Source of the DNA: an uncultured Gammaproteobacteria bacterium
Lineage (GTDB): Bacteria > Patescibacteriota > Microgenomatia > UBA12405
Assembly (NCBI GenBank): GCA_964448465.1
Contig: CAYUVY010000001.1
Span: 25,196-89,195, forward strand
DNA: 64,000 bases
Reading direction: 5' to 3'
In this document: in pieces, positions 30,530 to 40,145 of the stretch
Position numbering within the stretch: position 1 is the first letter of the stretch
How the letters are laid out: each line of letters begins with the position of its first letter
The notes under the pieces: generated by a model
Told to the model about the DNA's origin: nothing
Databases searched by the model: none
The model's input: only the letters and a program-made list of their open reading frames with translations
Translations under genes and position numbers: made by a program

Positions 30530-31940
30530 TATTGGCAATAGCTTGAAAATTAATCATATTAAAAACAGTAATCAGCTTAAGACCCCCTCCAAAGTTAATG
30601 TACAATTTACAACAATTTCCGACTTAAAAAGAATTATAAAAAAAATAAAGATTTCTAAGTATTTTAAGGTTATGAATTTTTTTAAAATATACGAGAATAA
30701 GAAATTAAATAATCAAGGAAATGCTGCAAAGCATAAAGCTTTAGTAGAAATTGAGTACTATTCAAAACCTGTTACTTTCAAAGTATGGCGTAAATATAAC
30801 AACATAAAGGGTATAATTTTGCACTTACTTCTTGGCGTATTCTTGCTTATACCAAGCTTATTCTACTTATTGGCAACAATCATCTACATTGTTTATTTCA
30901 CAATTTATGAACAATTAATGCGGGGTAAAAAAAGATTCCTAAACCTAAAACCAGAGGAATGTAGGCTAGACGGAATTAGCTTCATAATCCCCACTTGGAA
31001 CAAAAGAGACATGGTAGTTAAGTGCATTAAGCTGCTTGACCAAGCTATTGTTGCAGAAAATCAAGGACTAAATTGTGAAATAATTGTCGTCGACAATGGT
31101 TCAAAGGACGGAACTTATCAGGCTTTATTAAATTTATCTACTAAAACAAAACTGGAAATTATTAAAAACGAAATTAACTTGGGATATGCCAAGGGAATAA
31201 ACGAAGCGGTGGATAAATCAAAATATAATTATGTTTACCTCCTAAACAACGACATGGAGGTACAAAACGGCTTTTTGGCATCTTTAATATCTTTTGCTAA
31301 AAATAAAATTGACAAAAGTGAAAAATTTTTTGGCTTAGCGTCCCAAATATTTTTCTTTGACCCAAAGAAAAGAAGGGAGGAGTCAGGCAAAACTTATTGT
31401 CAGCCCAAAGCAGGCTTTATCAACATAGCCCATGTTGTTAGCAAGCAGAATTTGACTCAAAATTCTATTACGCTTTATCCGGGTGGCGGGTCATCGCTTA
31501 TTAATAAACATGTCTTCAACAAACTTGGACAGTATGATTATAAATCCTATACACCTCTTTACTGTGAGGACCTAGATCTTGGTTACTTAGCCTGGAAATA
31601 TGGCTATCCCTCTTATTTTATTTCCAAGTCACACGTCATCCATCACCACCAATCCTCTACTAAAAAGTTAAACAAGGACCCAACCTATTTTTTATACAAA
31701 AATCTATTAGTATTTATCTTAAAAAATTTTACTTCTCCAAAAGTAATCTTAAAACACACATTGCTTTTTGTTCCACAGCTTATTGTCAACACAAAATACA
31801 CCAGGTATGCACTTGAGACGATCAAAAACATTCACAATATTTTTGCATCTAGACTTAAACTTGCTCAATATCAACCAATGCACACAGATCAACAACTAGA
31901 AAATTTTATATTATTTGAAGCGATATATAAAGATGATTGA
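30516..31940 (+). CDS. GT2 family glycosyltransferase with an N-terminal extension and TM segment
   Basis: FIIPTWN, VDNGSKD, LLNND, CEDLDL; about 150 aa basic leader with a hydrophobic helix. Confidence 0.85.
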   Translation: MNKVNIGNSLKINHIKNSNQLKTPSKVNVQFTTISDLKRIIKKIKISKYFKVMNFFKIYENKKLNNQGNAAKHKALVEIEYYSKPVTFKVWRKYNNIKGIILHLLLGVFLLIPSLFYLLATIIYIVYFTIYEQLMRGKKRFLNLKPEECRLDGISFIIPTWNKRDMVVKCIKLLDQAIVAENQGLNCEIIVVDNGSKDGTYQALLNLSTKTKLEIIKNEINLGYAKGINEAVDKSKYNYVYLLNNDMEVQNGFLASLISFAKNKIDKSEKFFGLASQIFFFDPKKRREESGKTYCQPKAGFINIAHVVSKQNLTQNSITLYPGGGSSLINKHVFNKLGQYDYKSYTPLYCEDLDLGYLAWKYGYPSYFISKSHVIHHHQSSTKKLNKDPTYFLYKNLLVFILKNFTSPKVILKHTLLFVPQLIVNTKYTRYALETIKNIHNIFASRLKLAQYQPMHTDQQLENFILFEAIYKDD

Positions 31941-33153
31941 AAATAAAAAGATACTTTTAGTAACTGCCATCTCTCCAGTCCCCAAATCCAGTGGTGGTGC
32001 TGTTCGTATTTACAACACAATCAAAGAACTATCTAAACATTTTGACCTTCACCTAGTTATCTTCAAAGACTCTAGGTATAAATTTAGCCAAGAAGATACT
32101 AATTTTTTAACTTGCAACAGCAAGTCCTGGACTAGCTATAACGCTAATCCAAACAAAACGGAGCAAACATTTATTGACTTTAGCCAGCCCTACTGGTTTT
32201 CCGACTGGTATAGTCCAGAAGCCATTATAGGTATCAACCAAATTATCAAAAGGTACAATATACTTACCGTACACATTGAGTTAACACAATTATTATACTT
32301 GTACGATTATTTACCTGAACATATCTATAAAATATTTGTAGCCGAAGATATTTCTACTATCTCCTTTTTAAGAAGATTAGGCGAAATTAAGAGCCTAAAA
32401 ACGAAAATAATACATCTTTTTCGTTGGCTAGAAATATATTATTACGAAAAAAAGTATCTAAAAAAATATGATTTGGTAGCCTCAGTTTCTGAGTATGATA
32501 AAAAGATACTTCAAGACAGATTTAATCTTAAAAATGTGATTTGCATTCCAAATGGAATCGAAACTATAGATTTTCAAGAAATTAAAACAACTAAAAGGGA
32601 AATTCGACTTGGCTATTTTGGCTCATTTAGCCACCCACCCAACAAATACGCCTTTATTTATTTCTTAAACAAGATTGCCCCATTATTAGAAAAAAACAAA
32701 ATAAAATACACTTTTTACTTAGCTGGCAAAAATGATCCAGCAGAAGTGATTGATTTAGTAAACAAGTCAGAACTAAAAAACAAGAAGTCTATTCTCGATT
32801 TAGGATTTGTAAAAGAAGTTAAGGAGTTCTATAAAAATATAGACATACTAGTAACTCCCATATCTTCAGGCTCAGGATCAAGAATAAAAATACTAGAATC
32901 ACTCGGGCTTGGCACACCGGTAATTTCCTCCCAAATCGGAGCAGAAGGCAACAACATAGTCTCACCCTATCTAAAAATAGCTAACAACGAATCGGAATTT
33001 GTCGAACAAATAGTCTTAACTCACAAACAATTGCTAAACAAAAGCTTATTTAGCCACCAAACCAATCTGAAAACCCAAATTCAATCTCAACTCTGGTCAT
33101 CCATAATATCAACATACGCAAAAATTATTGTTAATATAAACATATATAAATAA
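31933..33153 (+). CDS. GT4 family glycosyltransferase
   Basis: SGGAVR, IPNG, PPN, GSGSRIKILES..G.PV. Start moved to the ATG at 31933. Confidence 0.88.
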   Translation: MIENKKILLVTAISPVPKSSGGAVRIYNTIKELSKHFDLHLVIFKDSRYKFSQEDTNFLTCNSKSWTSYNANPNKTEQTFIDFSQPYWFSDWYSPEAIIGINQIIKRYNILTVHIELTQLLYLYDYLPEHIYKIFVAEDISTISFLRRLGEIKSLKTKIIHLFRWLEIYYYEKKYLKKYDLVASVSEYDKKILQDRFNLKNVICIPNGIETIDFQEIKTTKREIRLGYFGSFSHPPNKYAFIYFLNKIAPLLEKNKIKYTFYLAGKNDPAEVIDLVNKSELKNKKSILDLGFVKEVKEFYKNIDILVTPISSGSGSRIKILESLGLGTPVISSQIGAEGNNIVSPYLKIANNESEFVEQIVLTHKQLLNKSLFSHQTNLKTQIQSQLWSSIISTYAKIIVNINIYK

Positions 33154-33154
33154 T

Positions 33155-33943
33155 GTGAAGCCCCTATATCCAATACCTTACGCTAACCATAATATTGATA
33201 ATCTTGCCTCCATTCTGGGCAAATGGCCCATTTATTGCCCGATTTGTGACAGTTTTTCATACATCAGCCATATCGATGCACAGAACCTCCGGGAGAGTTG
33301 TATTTGTCATCGCTGTAAATCTACCAACAGACAAAGACAATTGGCTATCGGCATATTGGAATTTCTAAAACTAAAAAAACTAAAAGACATATTTAAACTA
33401 GACATCAATATATACAACACCGAGACGGGTGGTGCTCTACACAATCTACTAAAAACACACCAAAATTATCAATCAAGCGAATACTTTGGACCAAAATATA
33501 AAAGTGGAGATATTATTAACAACACAATGAACCAGGATTTAATGGGGTTATCATTTAAAAACAACATCTTTGATCTTGTCTTATCAAGCGAAGTATTTGA
33601 ACATATTCCAGATCCATACAAAGCCCACACAGAAGTGCACCGAGTACTTAAAAAAGAAGGAGCACACATATTTACAGTACCCTTTTATCAAACCGGATAT
33701 ACTGATGAAAAAAGAGCCTTTGTTGACAGTAAGGGAAAACTTAAGCACCTACTACCTCCCCAATACCACCTTGACGGTATCAGACCAGACGAAGGCATTC
33801 TTGTTTACAACATATTCTCAATAGAGATGCTTGGTAAACTTGATAGTATTGGCTTAAAGACAGCATTGTATTTACTACATAAAATTAATTTAGGTATCCT
33901 GGGAAATAATTGTACTTTATTTATTGCAGTTAAAAACTCATAG
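33155..33943 (+). CDS. Methyltransferase-domain protein with N-terminal Cys knuckles
   Basis: CPIC..C..C, R.R, FDLVLSSEVFEH, RVLK, FTVP; GTG start. Confidence 0.72.
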   Translation: MKPLYPIPYANHNIDNLASILGKWPIYCPICDSFSYISHIDAQNLRESCICHRCKSTNRQRQLAIGILEFLKLKKLKDIFKLDINIYNTETGGALHNLLKTHQNYQSSEYFGPKYKSGDIINNTMNQDLMGLSFKNNIFDLVLSSEVFEHIPDPYKAHTEVHRVLKKEGAHIFTVPFYQTGYTDEKRAFVDSKGKLKHLLPPQYHLDGIRPDEGILVYNIFSIEMLGKLDSIGLKTALYLLHKINLGILGNNCTLFIAVKNS

Positions 33944-33976
33944 TCTTTTTACGAATTAAGACCGATACGAAGTAAG

Positions 33977-33985
33977 TGATAAAAT
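33977..33985 (+). promoter_or_regulatory. Extended -10 TGaTAAAAT, 5 nt before ATG 33991
   Basis: tgaTAAAATaaaccATG. Confidence 0.6.
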
Positions 33986-33990
33986 AAACC

Positions 33991-34797
33991 ATGATTTACG
34001 ATTGCTTCATGATTTACAACGAGCTTGAAATGTTAAAGATTAGACTTAACATACTCTCAAAATACGTCGATTATTTTGTAATAGTAGAGTCTACGCATAC
34101 TCACTCCGGTAAACCGAAGAAGCTGTATTTTAAAGAAAACAAAAACAAATTTAAGAAATTTTTAAACCAAATTGTGTATATAGTTGTAGATGATTTGAAC
34201 AACGCTCCTATAATAACAGACAAACCACCGTACGATAAAATAGAATTATTTCAATTAAATCCTTTAACCTGGTCAAGGGAGTTCTACCAAAGAAATTGCA
34301 TTACCAGAGGTCTAATAAACGCAAAAGATAGTGATCTTATCTTAATCGGAGATATAGATGAAATTCCAAAACCAGAAAAAATTAAATTAGTTAAATATTC
34401 ACAAAAACCTACTTGCTTTGAACAAGACTTTTATTATTACTTTCTAAACTGTCTTTCGAGCGAAAAATGGAGAAAGGGAACAAAAGGCATATATAAAAAA
34501 TTTCTCACTACTCCACAAGAAATAAGACATGTAGACTACAACAATTCACACTTACTCAAAGATGCTGGATGGCACTTTTCATATCTTGGTGGTAGGGAGC
34601 AAATAGTAAAAAAAATTGACTCATTTAGCCATCAAGAACTTAATAATATAGAAATAACAAATTTTAAAAGATTAAAATTCAACATTGATAATAATTTGGA
34701 TATATTTGACAGACCTTATACTTACAAAATTGTAAAGATTAATAACAAATACCCACACTACATTATTAATAATAAAAAATACTTAGTAAATTTATAA
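33991..34797 (+). CDS. GT17 family (MGAT3/GnT-III-like) glycosyltransferase; probably extends to 35030 across a frameshift
   Basis: IYDCF..NELEML.IRL, VES..THSG..K, WSRE..QRN, GDIDEIP, AGWHFSY, KIDSFSHQE. Confidence 0.85.
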   Translation: MIYDCFMIYNELEMLKIRLNILSKYVDYFVIVESTHTHSGKPKKLYFKENKNKFKKFLNQIVYIVVDDLNNAPIITDKPPYDKIELFQLNPLTWSREFYQRNCITRGLINAKDSDLILIGDIDEIPKPEKIKLVKYSQKPTCFEQDFYYYFLNCLSSEKWRKGTKGIYKKFLTTPQEIRHVDYNNSHLLKDAGWHFSYLGGREQIVKKIDSFSHQELNNIEITNFKRLKFNIDNNLDIFDRPYTYKIVKINNKYPHYIINNKKYLVNL

Positions 34798-35030
34798 AAA
34801 AGAAAACAAAAATTTCTAATATAATATTAGACCTAAGGAGCGAAATAATTCTAAACAGAAAATTAATCTCAAAATTACACCACGAAAAAGAACAAGAAAT
34901 ATCAAGTATTAGAAATGAATTGTTTGAAACTAAACAGACGTTGTCTAGAATATATAATTCAAAAACATGGAAAATCTCTACTGCGTATCAGGGTATTAAA
35001 TCCAAAATATCAAAAATATTTAATAGATAA
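34776..35030 (+). other. Unannotated open frame (-1 relative to the GT17 gene) encoding a coiled-coil tail
   Basis: Stop-free from 34776 to TAA 35028-30: ..SKFIKKKTKISNIILDLRSEIILNRKLISKLHHEKEQEISSIRNELFETKQTLSRIYNSKTWKISTAYQGIKSKISKIFNR*; no in-frame ATG. Confidence 0.7.
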
Positions 35031-35038
35031 ACAAGCGA

Positions 35039-36769
35039 TTAATTTGTTCTAGTACAGCGGTAGATCAATGTATTCTCAAACAACGCTAGGCTTTGAAAAT
35101 ACCAAGCAGATTTATCTAACTCAAGCTTCTTGCAAACTCGATTTCGGTTCCAATAAATTATTTCTAAATTTAACCACTGCTTATCGCCAATTACCAATAT
35201 ACTCTTCTCAGCATCAACTCTCTTCAATAGCAGTTTAAAATTCTCTGAGACCAGCTTGCTGTTAATCAATTCAACATATCTTGTTTCATCAACGGCATTT
35301 ACTATATTTGCACCTTTATAACTAGCCAAATATGCGAAAAAAGATTCCGGTCCACGAAAAGCAACTACAACCGTTTCCTTCTCTCCAATTATCGACTCGT
35401 ATCCATTTACCATATCGTCTAGCCGATCTTTCCCCAATAATTTTAGACTATCTATATATGTTTTTACAAAAAAAGGCCTATTGGCAGTATTTTGTAACCA
35501 AATCAAGTTAGGTCGCCAACCAAAATCAGTTGAAACCGAAGTAAAACACAAGATCACAAAAACAACGAATAGCAGCCACCACCTCTTTAATCTAAGGCTG
35601 TAATTAAGTTTTAATGCGTATACTAAATACAACCAATAAACTGCAGCAAAAGTTAACAAATAGCGCGAGTAACCCATTAGCACCGACCAAATCAAATAAC
35701 AAAAAATAAATATAATATATTTCCACTTTCTTTTAATTAGTAACAAATACCACGATAGCAAGTAGGGGAATGCCCAAAAACACGCAAAAAAGTACTTAGC
35801 TTCAGTTTTTACAATACCTTCTCCAAATCTTTGAGTAAATTGAGCCATTACCGGCCATGCCAATATCTCTTGCCAATTTTGTGGCCCCCACCTCGTGTCT
35901 TTAAAACTAACCAATGCATAAAATGGTGACTTAAAAAATCCATTGTATAAAAATGAAATTGGGTTTCCAGTATTTATGTATGATGCTCCAAAAAATATAA
36001 ACACAAACAATACAATTAATATTACCCAAAACCATTTAATTTCTCTTTTATTTTGCCAGACAAAGTATAAAAATATTGGCATTAAGACAATCCCAGCAGA
36101 TTGTTTGATTATCATTGATAGCAAACCCACAATAACTCCCAATGTTCGATTACCTGTCTTAACAACAAGCTGATAAAACATTTCCAAACCCAAAACAAGC
36201 GTCAAAAAATCTACCATAAATGTTGTGTGGGTTGCCATCAGGTGAGGAACAAAAAATATGTATATAAAAATAATGTCCCACCATATCTTTTTATTATTAT
36301 TTTTCTCTACTTGCTTTAGTCTTAAATTAATCGAGGCGTACCATGCAATCAACAAAATACCATTAAATAGTAAACTTAACCTTATCCCAAAAACCTTTAA
36401 TAATAACGGATATCCCAACTGGGCAACAGGATAAATATATGAACCAAAATCTAGGGGCAAAAAATTTACTGCCTGCCAAATATTTTTTGCATACCATCCA
36501 GCCTCCAAGTGGAAAGCAAAATCATCATAAACAGGATAATAAATAGGGAAGCGACTCAATAAGACTACCCACAGAGGCACGGTCCACCACCAATCGATTA
36601 AATAAAATTTAATTTGCTTGTCCTTATTATTTCTCCACAAAACATACCAAATTATTATCCACAAAATCAATAATCCCCATCCAAAATAATCACTAATATT
36701 AAAAACCGAAATCACGGCCAGCATCACCACCCCTGCCAACAAAAAACTAATATAAATCAATCTTGCCAT
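35039..36769 (-). CDS. Multi-pass membrane protein, probable GT-C glycosyltransferase
   Basis: YDDFAFH after the first TMs, VD, IKQ, TGNP, SRY; more than 10 hydrophobic segments. Confidence 0.6.
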   Translation of the reverse strand: MARLIYISFLLAGVVMLAVISVFNISDYFGWGLLILWIIIWYVLWRNNKDKQIKFYLIDWWWTVPLWVVLLSRFPIYYPVYDDFAFHLEAGWYAKNIWQAVNFLPLDFGSYIYPVAQLGYPLLLKVFGIRLSLLFNGILLIAWYASINLRLKQVEKNNNKKIWWDIIFIYIFFVPHLMATHTTFMVDFLTLVLGLEMFYQLVVKTGNRTLGVIVGLLSMIIKQSAGIVLMPIFLYFVWQNKREIKWFWVILIVLFVFIFFGASYINTGNPISFLYNGFFKSPFYALVSFKDTRWGPQNWQEILAWPVMAQFTQRFGEGIVKTEAKYFFACFWAFPYLLSWYLLLIKRKWKYIIFIFCYLIWSVLMGYSRYLLTFAAVYWLYLVYALKLNYSLRLKRWWLLFVVFVILCFTSVSTDFGWRPNLIWLQNTANRPFFVKTYIDSLKLLGKDRLDDMVNGYESIIGEKETVVVAFRGPESFFAYLASYKGANIVNAVDETRYVELINSKLVSENFKLLLKRVDAEKSILVIGDKQWLNLEIIYWNRNRVCKKLELDKSAWYFQSLALFENTLIYRCTRTN

Positions 36770-36780
36770 AACTTTTCTTC

Positions 36781-36790
36781 ATGATATCAT
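36781..36790. promoter_or_regulatory. Perfect palindrome ATGATATCAT giving TGaTATCAT extended -10 on both strands
   Basis: In a 29-bp divergent gap; hexamer is 8 nt from ATG 36799 (+) and 11 nt from ATG 36769 (-). Confidence 0.55.
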
Positions 36791-36798
36791 TATGACAA

Positions 36799-38187
36799 AT
36801 GCTTTTCAGCTCGAATATATTTTTACTAATATTCCTTCCCGCAATCCTTCTTTTGTATTTCTCGGTCTCCAAAATATTTAAAAATCCAAATAATTTTCTA
36901 AATTTAATACTTATCTTTTTTAGCCTATTTTTTTACTATTGGGGCAGTGGCAAATTTATTCTAATCTTCTTCTGTTCCATCATGTTAAATTTTCTTTTAG
37001 GCCAATTAATTGCAAAAAAAACAAACTTAAAAAAATATTTTTTATTTCTTGGCATTACTGGCAACATTTCCTTACTTATATATTTCAAATATTTTCAATT
37101 TTTTTATCAGCAAACATCTTTTTTACTTCATCTTGGTCTACCACCACTAAATCCTATATTTCTCCCCATTGGTATTTCCTTTTATTCTTTTATGGCCATT
37201 TCCTATCTTGTAGATGTTTACCAACAAAAACAAAAACCTGCAAACCTCCTCAGCTTTACACTGTATATTAGTTTGTTCCCTCATTTAGTTGCTGGACCAA
37301 TTGTCCGCTATCAGGAAATTGCCGACAGTATTAAGAAACGAAGTCCCAACACAGATCAGTTTTTCAATGGACTATGGCGATTTTCCCTGGGACTTGGTAA
37401 AAAAGTAATTATTGCCAATTCCGTAGGACAGCTTGCTGATAAAGTTTTTAGCCTCCCGTTAAACGAAATTGGCTCGCTACTCGCAATTTTGGGAGTACTT
37501 GCTTATACAATTCAAATCTATTTCGATTTTTCTGGTTACTCCGATATGGCGATAGGTCTTGCCAGTTTCTTTGGTTTTACTTTTCCTGAAAATTTCAATC
37601 ATCCTTACCGTGCTGTTTCCATCACTGACTTTTGGCGTCGTTGGCACATGTCTCTATCCCGATTTTTTCGTGACTATCTGTATATACCCCTAGGTGGTAG
37701 TCGTACAGGATCTGCCAGAACCTATTTCAACCTACTTGTTGTCTTTATTCTCTGTGGTCTTTGGCATGGTGCAGCTTGGACCTTTGTAGCCTGGGGTTTA
37801 TACCACGGATTGTTACTAACCATCGAAAGAATTGCTAAGAACAAATTTAATTTTGAACCAAGTGGCATAATATTTCAGTTATTTACTTTCTTACTGGTTT
37901 CTATTGGCTGGATAATATTTCGTTCACCGAACCTTACCTTTGCATTATCTTACGTAAAAAATATATTTTCGTTTACTAACACCATACCTGAGTTTTACAC
38001 ACTTCGATATTTTGTACCCAACAACATTGCTTTCTTTTTAGCGCTTGGCTTGTTACTTTCATTCATACCAGCAACCAAACCAAAAAACGTTGTCATTTGC
38101 GGACTTGTCTCCATATTTATACTAATACTTTCACTTGCCTATCTATCCAAAACCTCATTTACTCCTTTTATATATTTTCAATTTTAA
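36799..38187 (+). CDS. MBOAT family O-acyltransferase (AlgI/PatA-like)
   Basis: MLFSS..FL, LPIGISFY, FPHLVAGPIVRY, QIYFDFSGYSDMAIG, ENF..PY, FWRRWHMSLS, GLWHGA. Confidence 0.93.
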   Translation: MLFSSNIFLLIFLPAILLLYFSVSKIFKNPNNFLNLILIFFSLFFYYWGSGKFILIFFCSIMLNFLLGQLIAKKTNLKKYFLFLGITGNISLLIYFKYFQFFYQQTSFLLHLGLPPLNPIFLPIGISFYSFMAISYLVDVYQQKQKPANLLSFTLYISLFPHLVAGPIVRYQEIADSIKKRSPNTDQFFNGLWRFSLGLGKKVIIANSVGQLADKVFSLPLNEIGSLLAILGVLAYTIQIYFDFSGYSDMAIGLASFFGFTFPENFNHPYRAVSITDFWRRWHMSLSRFFRDYLYIPLGGSRTGSARTYFNLLVVFILCGLWHGAAWTFVAWGLYHGLLLTIERIAKNKFNFEPSGIIFQLFTFLLVSIGWIIFRSPNLTFALSYVKNIFSFTNTIPEFYTLRYFVPNNIAFFLALGLLLSFIPATKPKNVVICGLVSIFILILSLAYLSKTSFTPFIYFQF

Positions 38188-39395
38188 TGACTGCCTTTTC
38201 CTCTTTAATGTTTTGGCACAACATAAAAGTTATCTTTTTAACGGTTATCTTCGGGCTTATTATCTTAAAGATACTTAACAAATATCTTAACCAAAAGAGA
38301 ATTTTTATAGGGTTATTTTTTGTTCTATTACTTATTCCATTTGTTCAAACTAAAACAAACCTCATTCAGTATCGCCCCTTAGAAGAAAATCGCAAAAAAT
38401 TAACCCTCCCTACCGGTAACCCTGTTATTGAAATTTTCAACAACCAAAAAACATACACCTTGGCTTATGAAAAATACTTCAACGATAACTATGGTCTGCG
38501 AGATTTATTTATTCGTGTAAAAAACCAAATCGACTACTCACTATTTAGGGTATCTGACGAAGTATTAATAGGAAAAGATAATTGGCTTTTTTACAAAAGT
38601 GTTGTTGAGAAGGAACAAGTATATATGGAACAGCAAAGCAATACACAATTATTAGCCATACAAGACAAAATGATTTCATTGAATAACTATTTTAAAAAGA
38701 GGGGTGTGTTGTTTGTGGTAATGCCAATACCTTTAAAAAACTCTATATATCCAGAGTTGTATATTAATAGAACAACAAACAGACCTAGTCCAACAAAATT
38801 CGAACGATTTATTGCATTTCTCCAAACACACCCTGAAATTAAATCTATAGACGCAAGATCTATTTTGCTTAACAATAAAGATAAATACCAACTTTTTTAT
38901 AAAACAGATTTTCATTGGACAGATACTGCAGCATATTTAGTCAACAAAGATACTGTTGAATCAATAAATAAATGGGTACACGGAACAACCAAGTGGAGCT
39001 ACTCACTTCAAACCCAAGAAGATAGTAGTTTTACAGGTGGACAAACTGATTCACTTGCAACACTTGTCTCACCTAGAGAAGTGGCAATTCATGTAATAAA
39101 CTCACCAAAAGGCTCTACACCTGACCCTAAAACACCAAAACCTTTCTTATACTACTTTAAATCTTCACTTACAAATCAGAAGTTATTGCCAAAAACCTTG
39201 CTTATTGGCAATTCATACTTTTTAAACATGCTTAACACTGGTTTTGTTGATCACTTTGATGAATTTTTGATGATCCATGGTAATGACATGGATAAAATAC
39301 CAGAATCAATCCCTAAAGATGTAAAAGTGGTAATATTTCAAATGATAGAAGTAGACCTGTTAAAAAATTTTTTGTTCAGTAAATCTAACACATAA
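38187..39395 (+). CDS. SGNH-like O-acetyltransferase (AlgJ/AlgX family)
   Basis: N-terminal TMs, ENR, YFND.YGLR, GKDNWLF, KTDFHWT (DxH), IGNSY. Start moved to the ATG at 38187 (TAATG overlap). Confidence 0.85.
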   Translation: MTAFSSLMFWHNIKVIFLTVIFGLIILKILNKYLNQKRIFIGLFFVLLLIPFVQTKTNLIQYRPLEENRKKLTLPTGNPVIEIFNNQKTYTLAYEKYFNDNYGLRDLFIRVKNQIDYSLFRVSDEVLIGKDNWLFYKSVVEKEQVYMEQQSNTQLLAIQDKMISLNNYFKKRGVLFVVMPIPLKNSIYPELYINRTTNRPSPTKFERFIAFLQTHPEIKSIDARSILLNNKDKYQLFYKTDFHWTDTAAYLVNKDTVESINKWVHGTTKWSYSLQTQEDSSFTGGQTDSLATLVSPREVAIHVINSPKGSTPDPKTPKPFLYYFKSSLTNQKLLPKTLLIGNSYFLNMLNTGFVDHFDEFLMIHGNDMDKIPESIPKDVKVVIFQMIEVDLLKNFLFSKSNT

Positions 39396-39400
39396 TAATA

Positions 39401-39409
39401 TGTTATTGT
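39401..39409 (+). promoter_or_regulatory. Extended -10 TGtTATTGT, 6 nt before ATG 39416
   Basis: tgtTATTGTtaacacATG in a 20-bp gap. Confidence 0.5.
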
Positions 39410-39415
39410 TAACAC

Positions 39416-40135
39416 ATGTTATATAAAATAATTAACGTTACTCTAAAAAAAATACTTGCCATTATTTTACGGTTAATTATTCCAAATAGCATTTACAGTG
39501 ATAGTAATATCAAAAATACAGTTAGCCTATACAAAAGTAAAGGTTTCGGTGGTCTTTCTGCCAATATTCGCTTTTGGGACTCACCACTAGTCTTTGTCGA
39601 AACAATAACTCCTGATAAAGGGAAAATACTTGATCTTGGCTGTGGCGAAGGTGTGCTTACCAACTACTTGGCATTGTGCAAACCATCCAGAAGTATTATT
39701 GGTATGGAGATTAGTCATAGGATAAAACTAGCGAACCATGGCCTTAAAAATGTAAAATTTCTACAAGGCAATGTTCTAAAAGACGATCTACCGGCGTGTG
39801 ATGTAATTATCACAAGTCACTTACTGCACCATCTCCCATCACAAAAAAGCCAAGAAGAATTAATCAAAAAATGTTATCAGAGACTTGAAAAAGGAGGAAA
39901 ACTTATAATTCTCGAAATAAACAGAGAATTTAGTTTTAGATATTTTATTGTTTGGATTACTGATGTTTTTATAGTACCAATTTTATTTGAAGGACAGCTT
40001 TCAAATATGAATGTTTTTCATCGCCAAGCTAAAGATTGGAAAAATATTCTCTTGAAAACTGGTTTTAAGATAAAATTAATAAATCATTTCAAGAAAGGAC
40101 CGTTTCCAGATATATTATTTATATGCCAAAAATAA
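39416..40135 (+). CDS. Class I SAM-dependent methyltransferase
   Basis: ILDLGCGEG, LLHHL, GGKLIILE. Confidence 0.85.
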   Translation: MLYKIINVTLKKILAIILRLIIPNSIYSDSNIKNTVSLYKSKGFGGLSANIRFWDSPLVFVETITPDKGKILDLGCGEGVLTNYLALCKPSRSIIGMEISHRIKLANHGLKNVKFLQGNVLKDDLPACDVIITSHLLHHLPSQKSQEELIKKCYQRLEKGGKLIILEINREFSFRYFIVWITDVFIVPILFEGQLSNMNVFHRQAKDWKNILLKTGFKIKLINHFKKGPFPDILFICQK

Positions 40136-40145
40136 AACCCATTGC

